From Pseudomonadota bacterium (lineage in GTDB: Bacteria > Pseudomonadota > Alphaproteobacteria > RF32 > CAG-239): 64,000 nt of DNA. The notes under the pieces were generated by a model. It saw nothing but the letters and a program-made list of their open reading frames with translations. It was not told where the DNA came from and did not search any database. Shown piece after piece: positions 39,492 through 48,329 of the stretch (positions within the stretch are counted from its first letter, which is position 1; each line of letters opens with the position of its first letter). A program made the position numbers and the translations under genes. The stretch is from positions 32,001-96,000 of the forward strand of contig CAKJXZ020000030.1 of NCBI GenBank assembly GCA_918234285.1, read 5' to 3'.

Positions 39492-41618
39492 TTAATAATC
39501 GTAACCCTTGCCGCCGCGCTTGCCAAACTTTTGTTTGCGACTGAATTTGCCCTTCGGCTTGTTGGCTTTCATTTCCTGATATTCTTCGTAGCTCATTTCC
39601 TCAGTTTTGCCGCGGGAATCCCTAAATTTGGACTGTTCGCGGAATCTGATGACCGCGTTGGACATGGAACCGCCCTCGTCTTCAATCAGCTTCTCGGCTT
39701 TGGCAATCATTCTGTCGGTGGCAAAATCCTGCTCCAAGCGATTATTGCGCTTGGAAGATTGGACATTAATGACCGTAAATAAATGCTCTTTTTGCATCAG
39801 ATTATGGTCGCACAAATCAAACACAAACAGATTGTTACTGCCCGAACCGGCAATACACATGGCCTGTACACACAGCCATTCCTGCTGTTCAAACGAAATT
39901 CCTTTTTCTTTGCAAACACCGTTCGGCGTAAATGCCAACACATCGGAGTTGAAGCACAGCATCGGCTTGCCTTTGTATTGATGCAAAACTTTCAAAGTCG
40001 CTGCCAACTGTTCCGGATCGCCGTGCACCGCCACGTTATATATCGGCATGGTGCCGTCGGCTATTTCTTTGTGGTTTTTGCAATTTTCAACGGTAATTTG
40101 ATTGAATTCGCGCGTTTCCTGCAAAGTTGCGTGTCCGGTGCGCTGATATTTTTCATCTATACCGTCGCCGTTCATAACCACGGTCGAGCCCAAACTCTGC
40201 AATTTGGCAACAACGGCGCGGTGTTGCGGTCCGTTAATCGATTCAATCGGACGTTGCCGCAACAAAAACAGCGTTTTATCATCGGCCGTAAACAACGGGT
40301 GCCCGGTCATGCCCTTGCCCTTGACTTTGCCGTCCTTATCCGCCGTAACTTTATTTTGTTCGCTTATCATTACCAACGTCGACACGCGCCCGTCTTTATT
40401 TTCGGCAAAAGCGCCGCTGATAATCATATAGCGCTGCTCTCGCGGATATTTATGTAAATATTTTTCAATATCGGTATGTTCCAAATCGTGCGCATTATAG
40501 ATAACCTTTTCCAAGTCCACCGTTTCGCCGGACGGAAGCCGCATCAATTCGGTTACGGCATCGGCTTCTTTTTGCACGCTGGCAATCAGCAATTTTTCAT
40601 TTGATATAACCTTACGGACTCTGGCATTACCCTCTGCTGCCTTACCGTCCTGCTGATTAAGAATTTCCTGTTTGATTTGTTCTACCTTGTCTTTAACCCA
40701 TTTTTCTTTGTTGCGGGTAATCGCCAGTAAATCTTTTACTGCCTGCCGCAATCCGCGACTGCCGATTAATACCGTACGACCGGTTTCGGCCGCGGCTTTT
40801 ATATCAATGGCCAAATTCTGCACGCTGCGGGCAATTACCGGCGAAAAAATCTGCATATCGGCATATTTCTGCACTTCACGCAACGTATTTTCATACGACT
40901 TATTAAAGTCCGGAATTTCTCTTTCGCCCTTCTCGTCAAACATTTCCGTGGCCGAAGACGTCGAATCCTGCATAACCGCGTTGACGAACTTATCTTTCAT
41001 AAATTCTTTGTGTTCGTCTTTATCGTATCCGGCACCGAACGGTACTTTATCCAAGTGATAATCACCGGAGAACATACCGCCGAGCAAATCTTTACCATCA
41101 TAGGTCGTACTTACGTGAAAACCCAAAGGAGAAGCCGTCGAATGCGACATATTAAGCGGCGATACTTTCATATCGTCGCCGATTTTCACACTTTCACCCT
41201 GCCGAATAATCTCAATATGCGGGACATATTCCTCCGGCACGCTGTTATTCTTCATCTGCGTTTTGATGACATTGGCCGTATATTCACTGGTATAAATGGT
41301 CGGAAGCTTGAATTTTGCCGCCGCCAAAAACGTCAGCGCGCCGATATGGTCTTCGTGGCAGTGAGTAATAAATACGGCATCAATTGGTTTTTCGGCCTGG
41401 CTGTACGGGTTTTCAAAATACGGGCGCATATCCGGAATCGCCGAGTTATAACTTATCCAATCCGGCGGAAACATCGCGCCGTCATCAATCAAAATTCGCG
41501 CCGTCGGCTTATTCGGCTCGTTATGCTCAATCAAAATCGCACTGGCTCCGATTCGATATTCGTTATTGCCGCCTAAAAATTGAACTTTCGTCCCGATATT
41601 TTGCTTTGCGCGCGCCAT
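39492..41618 (-). CDS. Divergent RNase J-like metallo-beta-CASP nuclease
   Basis: FLGG, THCHEDHIGA, SHS, SGDY, DST, TGHA, VHGD; large helical insertion and basic tail. Confidence 0.8.
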   Translation of the reverse strand: MARAKQNIGTKVQFLGGNNEYRIGASAILIEHNEPNKPTARILIDDGAMFPPDWISYNSAIPDMRPYFENPYSQAEKPIDAVFITHCHEDHIGALTFLAAAKFKLPTIYTSEYTANVIKTQMKNNSVPEEYVPHIEIIRQGESVKIGDDMKVSPLNMSHSTASPLGFHVSTTYDGKDLLGGMFSGDYHLDKVPFGAGYDKDEHKEFMKDKFVNAVMQDSTSSATEMFDEKGEREIPDFNKSYENTLREVQKYADMQIFSPVIARSVQNLAIDIKAAAETGRTVLIGSRGLRQAVKDLLAITRNKEKWVKDKVEQIKQEILNQQDGKAAEGNARVRKVISNEKLLIASVQKEADAVTELMRLPSGETVDLEKVIYNAHDLEHTDIEKYLHKYPREQRYMIISGAFAENKDGRVSTLVMISEQNKVTADKDGKVKGKGMTGHPLFTADDKTLFLLRQRPIESINGPQHRAVVAKLQSLGSTVVMNGDGIDEKYQRTGHATLQETREFNQITVENCKNHKEIADGTMPIYNVAVHGDPEQLAATLKVLHQYKGKPMLCFNSDVLAFTPNGVCKEKGISFEQQEWLCVQAMCIAGSGSNNLFVFDLCDHNLMQKEHLFTVINVQSSKRNNRLEQDFATDRMIAKAEKLIEDEGGSMSNAVIRFREQSKFRDSRGKTEEMSYEEYQEMKANKPKGKFSRKQKFGKRGGKGYDY

Positions 41619-41740
41619 ATTCTTTCTCCCGAATTGAAATTTGCTTTAATCATACACTATTTTTGACAAAAATCAATCATTTTTTAAGCGAATCACAACA
41701 AAAAAATACCGCCGAGGTTTTCAACCCCGACGGTATTCTT

Positions 41741-42424
41741 TTACTTTCCGGAAATCATTTGCAAACATTTTTCAAATGCCTCCGGCTTCGGCACCGCAAA
41801 CTTATTATCGATTGCGCAGAAGCAATCATATAACGAACTTGCATGCAACACCGGCCTTACTTTTCCAATCTTGTCCTTATACGGCGGCAGATAGCGCTTG
41901 CCATCAAACTTGGTAACCAGAGGAATTGGAACATTCTTCTGATTAATCCAGTAACGGCTGCAACCGAAGTCCTTCACGTTGACGCCCTGATAAGTCAAGA
42001 GAGTAAAGGTATCTTCCACCGCTTCGTTATTGCGCTTGAACAGCGTAAAATTGTTGTAGGTCGGCAACTCCAATCGGCGTTTTTCGCTACCCGCTCTGCC
42101 AAACAGATACTCGGTCTGTTCTTGCAAATGATCAGCGATATCTCTGTCGGTATAAACGCGCACTTCCTCATAAGAGAGGCTGAAGTATACGCCGCACACC
42201 TCGATACCCCATATTTTATCGGAATACTCCGGAATCAGAAAGGGCATCACCACCATCGAAACGGTGTTCTTGTGGCGATAAACCAGACGGCACGGCGGCT
42301 CAAGCGGAATCCAGCCCATCTTGCGACGTTCCAGATAAAACTTGTAACCTTCATTCAACATAGGCAGTTGCTCAACCTTGACTTGCATTCTCTGCAGGTC
42401 CTCATAGATTTTTAATATATCCAT
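41741..42424 (-). CDS. Orphan hypothetical protein
   Basis: 227-aa ORF with consensus promoter upstream and hairpin at ~41707-41738 downstream; no SD. Confidence 0.7.
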   Translation of the reverse strand: MDILKIYEDLQRMQVKVEQLPMLNEGYKFYLERRKMGWIPLEPPCRLVYRHKNTVSMVVMPFLIPEYSDKIWGIEVCGVYFSLSYEEVRVYTDRDIADHLQEQTEYLFGRAGSEKRRLELPTYNNFTLFKRNNEAVEDTFTLLTYQGVNVKDFGCSRYWINQKNVPIPLVTKFDGKRYLPPYKDKIGKVRPVLHASSLYDCFCAIDNKFAVPKPEAFEKCLQMISGK

Positions 42425-42465
42425 AAAAATTGCATTTAAAATTAATAATACAGGAAACAGCGCTC

Positions 42466-42493
42466 ATTATAAAACGTTTTGCCGATTTGTCAA
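42466..42493 (-). promoter_or_regulatory. Consensus sigma70 promoter
   Basis: TTGACA-16 bp-TATAAT. Confidence 0.7.
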
Positions 42494-42669
42494 CCCGCAT
42501 ATAAGAAAAACGGCGACGTGCCGGCTATGACTGGGGATTTGCCGTCGTTTGCACCGGATATTAGCAGAGTCAGATTTTTTTATGTTTTTTTACCGCTTTT
42601 CCGTCTGCCTCAGCCTTCCGGTCGTCTTGCTTAAATTTACTTTTATTATTTTTTCGGCAGAAAATTTAT

Positions 42670-42863
42670 GCTTCGGTCACTTGGTTGCGATTTGTTCGCT
42701 TCACGGCGTTTACACTTGCTTGCTCACAGGCAACCTGCGCCTGTCGTCAATAAACAACATTTTAAGGTTGTTTATTTTCCTCCAGCCTGTTCTCTAGGGT
42801 TCAAATCCCTTTCACCGCTTTTCAATAACAAAAAAGCGCCGCATGGGCGCTCTTTCGTTATTG
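42670..42863. repeat. tRNA-linked palindromic trailer containing an inverted copy of the tRNA-Ser 3' end
   Basis: CTAGGGTTCAAATCCCTTTCACCGC (42794-42818) vs tRNA CTAGGGTTCGAATCCCTATCTCACCGC; hairpins at 42726-42744, 42749-42776 and 42823-42863. Confidence 0.7.
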
Positions 42864-42878
42864 GCGGTGAGATAGGGA
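42862..42878. repeat. att direct repeat (distal copy)
   Basis: TGGCGGTGAGATAGGGA identical to 50486-50502 (tRNA 3' end). Confidence 0.93.
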
Positions 42879-43338
42879 AACACACTTCACAATGTTTAGA
42901 ACATTTTGTTTTATCAAAACAATTTTTTTGACATTTTTAAACCATTTACTCGCAATTTTTGCAGCGTATTGCAGCGAATGCCAAGGATTATTTTTAACTT
43001 TACCCGAACTTTTTTTTGTTAAAATGATTTTTGCGAGTCGTTTTGAATAAATATTTTTGTAATGAATATATTTTGAATTTAAAAAACTTTATGATTTGAA
43101 AACTCTATTATCCGAATCCCTACGATAAAAACTTTATTATCCCGTATTATTATGTTTTGTGATTGGTGATAACAGAGAGATACTATCACCAATCGTATCT
43201 CTCAACAGCGCTGTTATGCTTATGATGTAGTTGCGGTGATTCCCCTACGGATTAAGCATTAAAGCAACAGACATAACTAAATAAGCAACACAAGCAGAAA
43301 ACTCTGCTATTCTTAACTATTAACCAAAGGATTTATAA

Positions 43339-43833
43339 ATGAAGATATTTTTAACATTTAACCCACATTTAGAAAACTATTCTAAAAGTAAGTTATTAGA
43401 AAACTTTAAGTATGCTTTACAAAAATATTACAGAAAAGAATTAGGAAGAAGATATTACAAGCATATTGATAACCAGTATGATATAGCAATCTTTGAAGAA
43501 ATTGGTAAGAAGTTTTTTGAAAAATTAGATTCAGCAACACATCTAATTCAATATATTGAGAAAGATGTTGAGTTTAAGAAAGAACCTCACTTACATATAA
43601 TTGCTGATGTTCCAACACATACTGAAAAAGATTTTTTCAATTCCTTGAAAGATACTATGGAAAGCATTTATCCATCATTATCATCAGATTTTCAGTTAAT
43701 TGGTAATGAAGTAGATGAAAGAAACACTTGGAACTATTGTTCCAAAGAAAATGGAAACATCTTTACCAAGAAAGATTTATGCGAAAAAAGTGCTATCAAC
43801 ATTCCTGCTGATAGCACTTTTTCACCCAAATAA
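43339..43833 (+). CDS. Small HUH endonuclease, rolling-circle Rep-like
   Basis: Motif I-like IFLTFN, motif II EPHLHII, motif III NYCSKE; AAGGA RBS. Confidence 0.65.
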   Translation: MKIFLTFNPHLENYSKSKLLENFKYALQKYYRKELGRRYYKHIDNQYDIAIFEEIGKKFFEKLDSATHLIQYIEKDVEFKKEPHLHIIADVPTHTEKDFFNSLKDTMESIYPSLSSDFQLIGNEVDERNTWNYCSKENGNIFTKKDLCEKSAINIPADSTFSPK

Positions 43834-44113
43834 GTTGGACTACTTCTCATACTGATTCATAGTTTGTAGTTGTCATCTCAACGGGAGCATCATTATCCGC
43901 AATTGTCAATTATTTTTATTACAGCATCGGGATAACAAAAGAAGTTCCACCAATTAACTGATGGAACTTCCTTGTCCTAATAAGATGGACTACCGCACTA
44001 TTACCTTGGATAGTTGCTAACATCGTCACGGGAGCATCATTATCACCGATTGTCAATTCATTTATCCCGAACCTCTGGATAAAAAATGCTACCGATATTA
44101 CTACCGATAGCAT
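43784..44113 (-). ncRNA. Tandem ~135-nt structured RNA-like cassettes (2 units plus a third terminator)
   Basis: Shared TTGACAAT..GATAATGATGCTCCCGT..ACTA(C/T)-variable loop-GTAGTCCA(A/T)CTTATT, each followed by a terminator hairpin. Confidence 0.5.
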
Positions 44114-44195
44114 ACGAGATTAAATTATTCGTATCATTATTTATCAACAAAACAAGATAAATACTTATGATACTAATTTTTATGGAGATTAAATT

Positions 44196-44624
44196 ATGAT
44201 AAAGAAGAAAACTACTTCCAGAAACACACGCAAGATAGATGAATTAAACACAGCAATAGCAATTAACGATATAAACACTATTCACGAACTATTATCTAAC
44301 AATGTTGATGTTAATGCGCCTGATTCACACGGAGTATTCCCTGTGATGTATGCCGTAGAATACGGCAATGCCAATGCTTTAATCAGTCTCATAAGGCACA
44401 ATGCAATTGTTAATGTTATTTACAAGCAAAACGGATACTCACTCTTGATGAAAGCGTTGTCCCCAAAGGTTATCCCGAATCGTTATTTAATAGTTGCGTT
44501 ATTGTTGAAAAATGGTGCTGATGTAAATATTATCAGTAATGATAGCAAAACAGCGTTATATATGGCGCGTAAGTATCATCCACGATACATCAACCTTTTA
44601 AAACGCTTTGGAGCAACATACTGA
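44196..44624 (+). CDS. Small ankyrin-repeat protein
   Basis: VDVNAPDSHG, GYSLLMKA, GADVNI..TAL; GGAG RBS. Confidence 0.85.
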   Translation: MIKKKTTSRNTRKIDELNTAIAINDINTIHELLSNNVDVNAPDSHGVFPVMYAVEYGNANALISLIRHNAIVNVIYKQNGYSLLMKALSPKVIPNRYLIVALLLKNGADVNIISNDSKTALYMARKYHPRYINLLKRFGATY

Positions 44625-44716
44625 AAGAATTGGAGCAATCAAGAGTTTCATTACACAACCCTTATTATTAATATTCCTGTTGATTGCTCCGAACCATTAT
44701 AACAAAGGATTTAACA

Positions 44717-44902
44717 ATGAATAACAATGACAACACTATTGAAGAACAATTACAAAAGATTGCAGAGACTATTTTACGATTACACGATAAATTAATGAGT
44801 ATGCCTTATTCCTTTAAGGAAAACAAAGAGCAAGGCAAACGGATTCTTAATGCCGCAGGAAGATTATACGAGGCGTATGTTGCGTTAAAAGGGAAGAAGT
44901 GA
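44717..44902 (+). CDS. Small helical hypothetical protein
   Basis: AAAGGA RBS; 61 aa; the upstream CAAAGGATTTA context matches that of the rep gene. Confidence 0.55.
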   Translation: MNNNDNTIEEQLQKIAETILRLHDKLMSMPYSFKENKEQGKRILNAAGRLYEAYVALKGKK

Positions 44903-45038
44903 TAATCCTTTGCTACGTTACTTTATCCAATATTAAATTACTCTGAATTATTTTATGATTGATGGATAGATACTTGCATATTAATAACCAACATACTAAA
45001 TAATAAAACGAAAACAAAAAAATGACGGACTTACTGAT

Positions 45039-45737
45039 ATGAGCGAAATTACTGAAAATCACACTATCACAAATGTTGGAAAAGGGATGGTAAAGGCAAT
45101 TATGCAAAGCAATCCAATAACAAATTTTGTGCATACCATATATGACGAATATGCTTCTCGTCAATGGCAACAACGCCGCGAGAAATGGGAAGAAGTTTTT
45201 GAGGAAAAACTTAAAAATATAAAAGATGATATTAACCTCAATAAAATTAACAAGATTGACAACTTTGCTCAAATTTTATCACAAGCAGTACAAGGAGCAA
45301 TGTCTGATATAGATGAGAATAAAGTTGATTTATACGCCAATACAGTCATCAATGCTATTAAATATGAGGACACAAACAATATAAAAAAACATATATTTCT
45401 AAATATGTTAAGAGATTTTTCTTTACTACATATAAAACTTCTGAAATGCTTTTCAAAGAGTCTAAATAGTGGGGATTTTAATGGCGGTTTTCAAACAAGA
45501 ATTAGAGACAAATCACCAAACGTAATGGATATTATACTTGAACAAAATCCAGATATAAAGGAACATAAAGAGTTGCTGCATATTATTACGCACGACCTAT
45601 ATAATAGGCGTTTATTAGAAAATGAATATCCATTACAAATGTTATTATCATTTGGAGAGATTGATAAGCAAACAACAGCATTAGGTGATGAATTTCTTGC
45701 TTTTATATTAGAGCATGAGAAAAATAAAATTAAGTGA
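45039..45737 (+). CDS. Hypothetical protein, DUF4393/Abi-alpha-like
   Basis: Helical N-terminus, FLNMLRDFSLLHIKLL, C-terminal TALGDEFLAFI wHTH-like end. Confidence 0.45.
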   Translation: MSEITENHTITNVGKGMVKAIMQSNPITNFVHTIYDEYASRQWQQRREKWEEVFEEKLKNIKDDINLNKINKIDNFAQILSQAVQGAMSDIDENKVDLYANTVINAIKYEDTNNIKKHIFLNMLRDFSLLHIKLLKCFSKSLNSGDFNGGFQTRIRDKSPNVMDIILEQNPDIKEHKELLHIITHDLYNRRLLENEYPLQMLLSFGEIDKQTTALGDEFLAFILEHEKNKIK

Positions 45738-45811
45738 GAAAAAACGCCTAACAATTGACATCTAAACATTATGGTTATATCGTATTACCTGTATTCAATG
45801 ATAGAAGGAGT

Positions 45812-47542
45812 ATGATGATGTCATTAGTGAAATGTCCTGAATGTGGTAAAGAAGTCAGTAGTTCTGCAAAAACTTGTCCTCATTGTGGTTATAAACTCGG
45901 AAAGAAACATTCCTTTTTAGCATTTTTAATTATCCTTATTTTAGGCATCATAGGTATTTCTTCTATATTTGACAATAAGGATACAAATACTTCCGAGGTC
46001 AAGAAGACAATTAAGCGAGAATCCGTAAATATTGATATACAAGATTTACCTAATTTGGAACAAAACTTCATATCTATCATAAAAAATTATAGTGATTTTG
46101 CCCGTAATGTAGATAATCCTGCTCAATATTATACATTGCTCAATCAAAGAACCAATCTTATTAAAGACTTATTGCCAAGCAAAGAAGTAAATGAATGGGG
46201 AGGAAAAGTAATATCTATTGATATAGGTAAAGTACAGTATATATGGGGAACGGAAGTAGATGGTATAATTTTAGGCGTACAGATATCTTCATCTCCACAA
46301 ATTAGGTTAGCATTTATGCTAGATGCAAGAGATGTTTTATCAGAACAAATTGCTTTACTTAAAATTGGCGATATAGTGACAATTTCCGGTAAATTCTATG
46401 AATTAGAAGGGCATAAATATGAAAATAAGGTAGATATGCTGACAAAACCTGTTTTTGAGATGTCTCTTTATGGTGTTAAAAGAGGATATAAGGAATATTA
46501 CTCATATTACGAAAATGGTCCACTACAATCAGAGTGTAATCATAATATGGACTGCAAATACTATTATTGGAATGGAAATTTGCAATTTGAATGCAATATG
46601 AAAGAGGGCAAGAAAAATGGGTATTGTAAAGCATATTATGAAAATGGCAACGTTCAAAATGAGTGTAATTTCAGTGATGATAAATGCAATGGCATTTATA
46701 AAGAATACTATGAAAATGGTTGGTTAAAGGTAGAAGGTGAAGTCAAAGATGGTAATAGTCATGGCACTTATAAAGAATATTATGAAGATGGGTCATTGCA
46801 ATTAGAGTGCAATATGAATGAGGGAAAACAAACAGGATACAGCAAATGGTACTATGAAAATGGTAACGTTAAAAAAGAAGGACTTTTCAGAGATAATAAG
46901 AAAGTTGGAACTTATAAAGAATACAATGAAGACGGTATTTTAGTTCTTGATAGTAACTTTGCAAACGATCAGATGAACGGTATTACCAAAACATATGACA
47001 ATAATGGCAAATTAGAACACGAAAGCAGTATGGTAAATGGAAAATTAAATGGACCTACAAAATCATACTATGAAAATGGAAATATCAAGATGGAATATAA
47101 TTTCAAAGAAGGAATAGCAGATGGAATCCAAAAAGAATATTATGAAGATGGAAATTTACATAGCGAAGGTAATATGGTGAATGGTAAATTAAATGGTATT
47201 AAAAAACGATACTACGATGATGGAAGTTTGCAAGCAGAACTCTCTTTTCAAAATGGTAAATGGCAAAAGACAGTATATTATGGAAAGAATGGAGAAAAAC
47301 TTGGTCCAGATGGTTTGGTTATATTTTATTATAACAATGGAAATATTGAGTCTGAACGTATGCTAAAAAATGGTAAGGTTGAGGGAGAGTTAAAATTATA
47401 TAGTATAGATGGCAAATTAAAAAAGACTATGACGTATAAAAACGGAAAACTAAATGGTAAAATGGTTTCATATAGTTCAAACGGAGAAGTTACAGAAACA
47501 GTTATATACAAAGATGGTGAAATCCAGAGAGATAAACAATAA
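45812..47542 (+). CDS. Zn-ribbon + TM + MORN-variant (YwqK-like) repeat protein
   Basis: CPECG..CPHCG, one TM, ~14 repeats of YYENG(N)L..E..(K)GK..G; AGGAG RBS. Confidence 0.88.
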   Translation: MMMSLVKCPECGKEVSSSAKTCPHCGYKLGKKHSFLAFLIILILGIIGISSIFDNKDTNTSEVKKTIKRESVNIDIQDLPNLEQNFISIIKNYSDFARNVDNPAQYYTLLNQRTNLIKDLLPSKEVNEWGGKVISIDIGKVQYIWGTEVDGIILGVQISSSPQIRLAFMLDARDVLSEQIALLKIGDIVTISGKFYELEGHKYENKVDMLTKPVFEMSLYGVKRGYKEYYSYYENGPLQSECNHNMDCKYYYWNGNLQFECNMKEGKKNGYCKAYYENGNVQNECNFSDDKCNGIYKEYYENGWLKVEGEVKDGNSHGTYKEYYEDGSLQLECNMNEGKQTGYSKWYYENGNVKKEGLFRDNKKVGTYKEYNEDGILVLDSNFANDQMNGITKTYDNNGKLEHESSMVNGKLNGPTKSYYENGNIKMEYNFKEGIADGIQKEYYEDGNLHSEGNMVNGKLNGIKKRYYDDGSLQAELSFQNGKWQKTVYYGKNGEKLGPDGLVIFYYNNGNIESERMLKNGKVEGELKLYSIDGKLKKTMTYKNGKLNGKMVSYSSNGEVTETVIYKDGEIQRDKQ

Positions 47543-47551
47543 CAATATGCT

Positions 47552-48166
47552 CTACATATTCAATGTTTCCAAAGCGTTTTGAATATTCTTAGGATTAGAA
47601 CGATAGTAGATGCTAAGGGTTTGAATAGATGAATGACCGCTTATCTGTTGTATCAACGGCAACGGATAGTTAGCATCCATAAGTTTAGTTAAACAACTTG
47701 CTCTTAAACTATGAACTCTGTATTGCTTATCTAAACCGACACCATCATATACTTGCCGAAAGATATGGATTATCTGTTGCTTTGAGAGATGCGAACCTTT
47801 GTTGGATTTGAACAGATAATCATTCGGTTTTGGCGTATAATAAGGATTTGAAAGCAAATATTTGGCATACTTCTTCAATTCTTGTTTCATAGTGTCGTTA
47901 AAATAAACTTGTAGTGCCTTTTTACCACCTTTATTCTGTTCAGGTTGTAATAAGAATGAATCAACAGGGTTGAAGTTATCATCATATACTTGCCCGATAG
48001 TGAGTTTTTGAACTGAATGAATACGAAGTGCTGTCATTAACATCATCATAAACATCAATCTCGTTCTTTCACTATGTGAAGGCATATCGTTGATGAACCG
48101 CAAGCAATTTTTGATGTCGGTATCCGTCAATAACTTTGATTTTCCTTTCTTCATTTTACTCTCCAT
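47552..48166 (-). CDS. Small catalytic-domain-only tyrosine recombinase
   Basis: ALRI, K, HSLR, SGHSS, TLSIY. Confidence 0.9.
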   Translation of the reverse strand: MESKMKKGKSKLLTDTDIKNCLRFINDMPSHSERTRLMFMMMLMTALRIHSVQKLTIGQVYDDNFNPVDSFLLQPEQNKGGKKALQVYFNDTMKQELKKYAKYLLSNPYYTPKPNDYLFKSNKGSHLSKQQIIHIFRQVYDGVGLDKQYRVHSLRASCLTKLMDANYPLPLIQQISGHSSIQTLSIYYRSNPKNIQNALETLNM

Positions 48167-48329
48167 ATAATATTCATTAAAGTATATAAAATATATATAA
48201 ATGAAAATAAATAAAATGTCAAGAAAAATCCTGAAATCAAAGAGTTAGGTGAAATAAGGGTTTGCTCAAAAAATCTTCAAAAATGTATATTTGTGAAGAT
48301 TTAGTTGAATCTTTGTTTTGATGTTGAAA

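Noticed and set aside
42794-42878. Second tRNA gene
   Set aside because: Only 3'-end fragments are present, with no D or anticodon arm; explained as the att repeat plus a fold-back copy.
43836-44060. Known ribozyme or riboswitch (hammerhead, twister, fluoride)
   Set aside because: Core consensus elements could not be matched beyond a short TAATGA resemblance.
43919-44113. 64-aa ORF within the cassette array
   Set aside because: It has no RBS, the matching frame in unit 1 contains stops, and conservation follows predicted pairing.
46480-47520. DGR template/variable repeat or DNA repeat array
   Set aside because: The repeats are protein-level MORN-variant units and there is no reverse transcriptase in the window.
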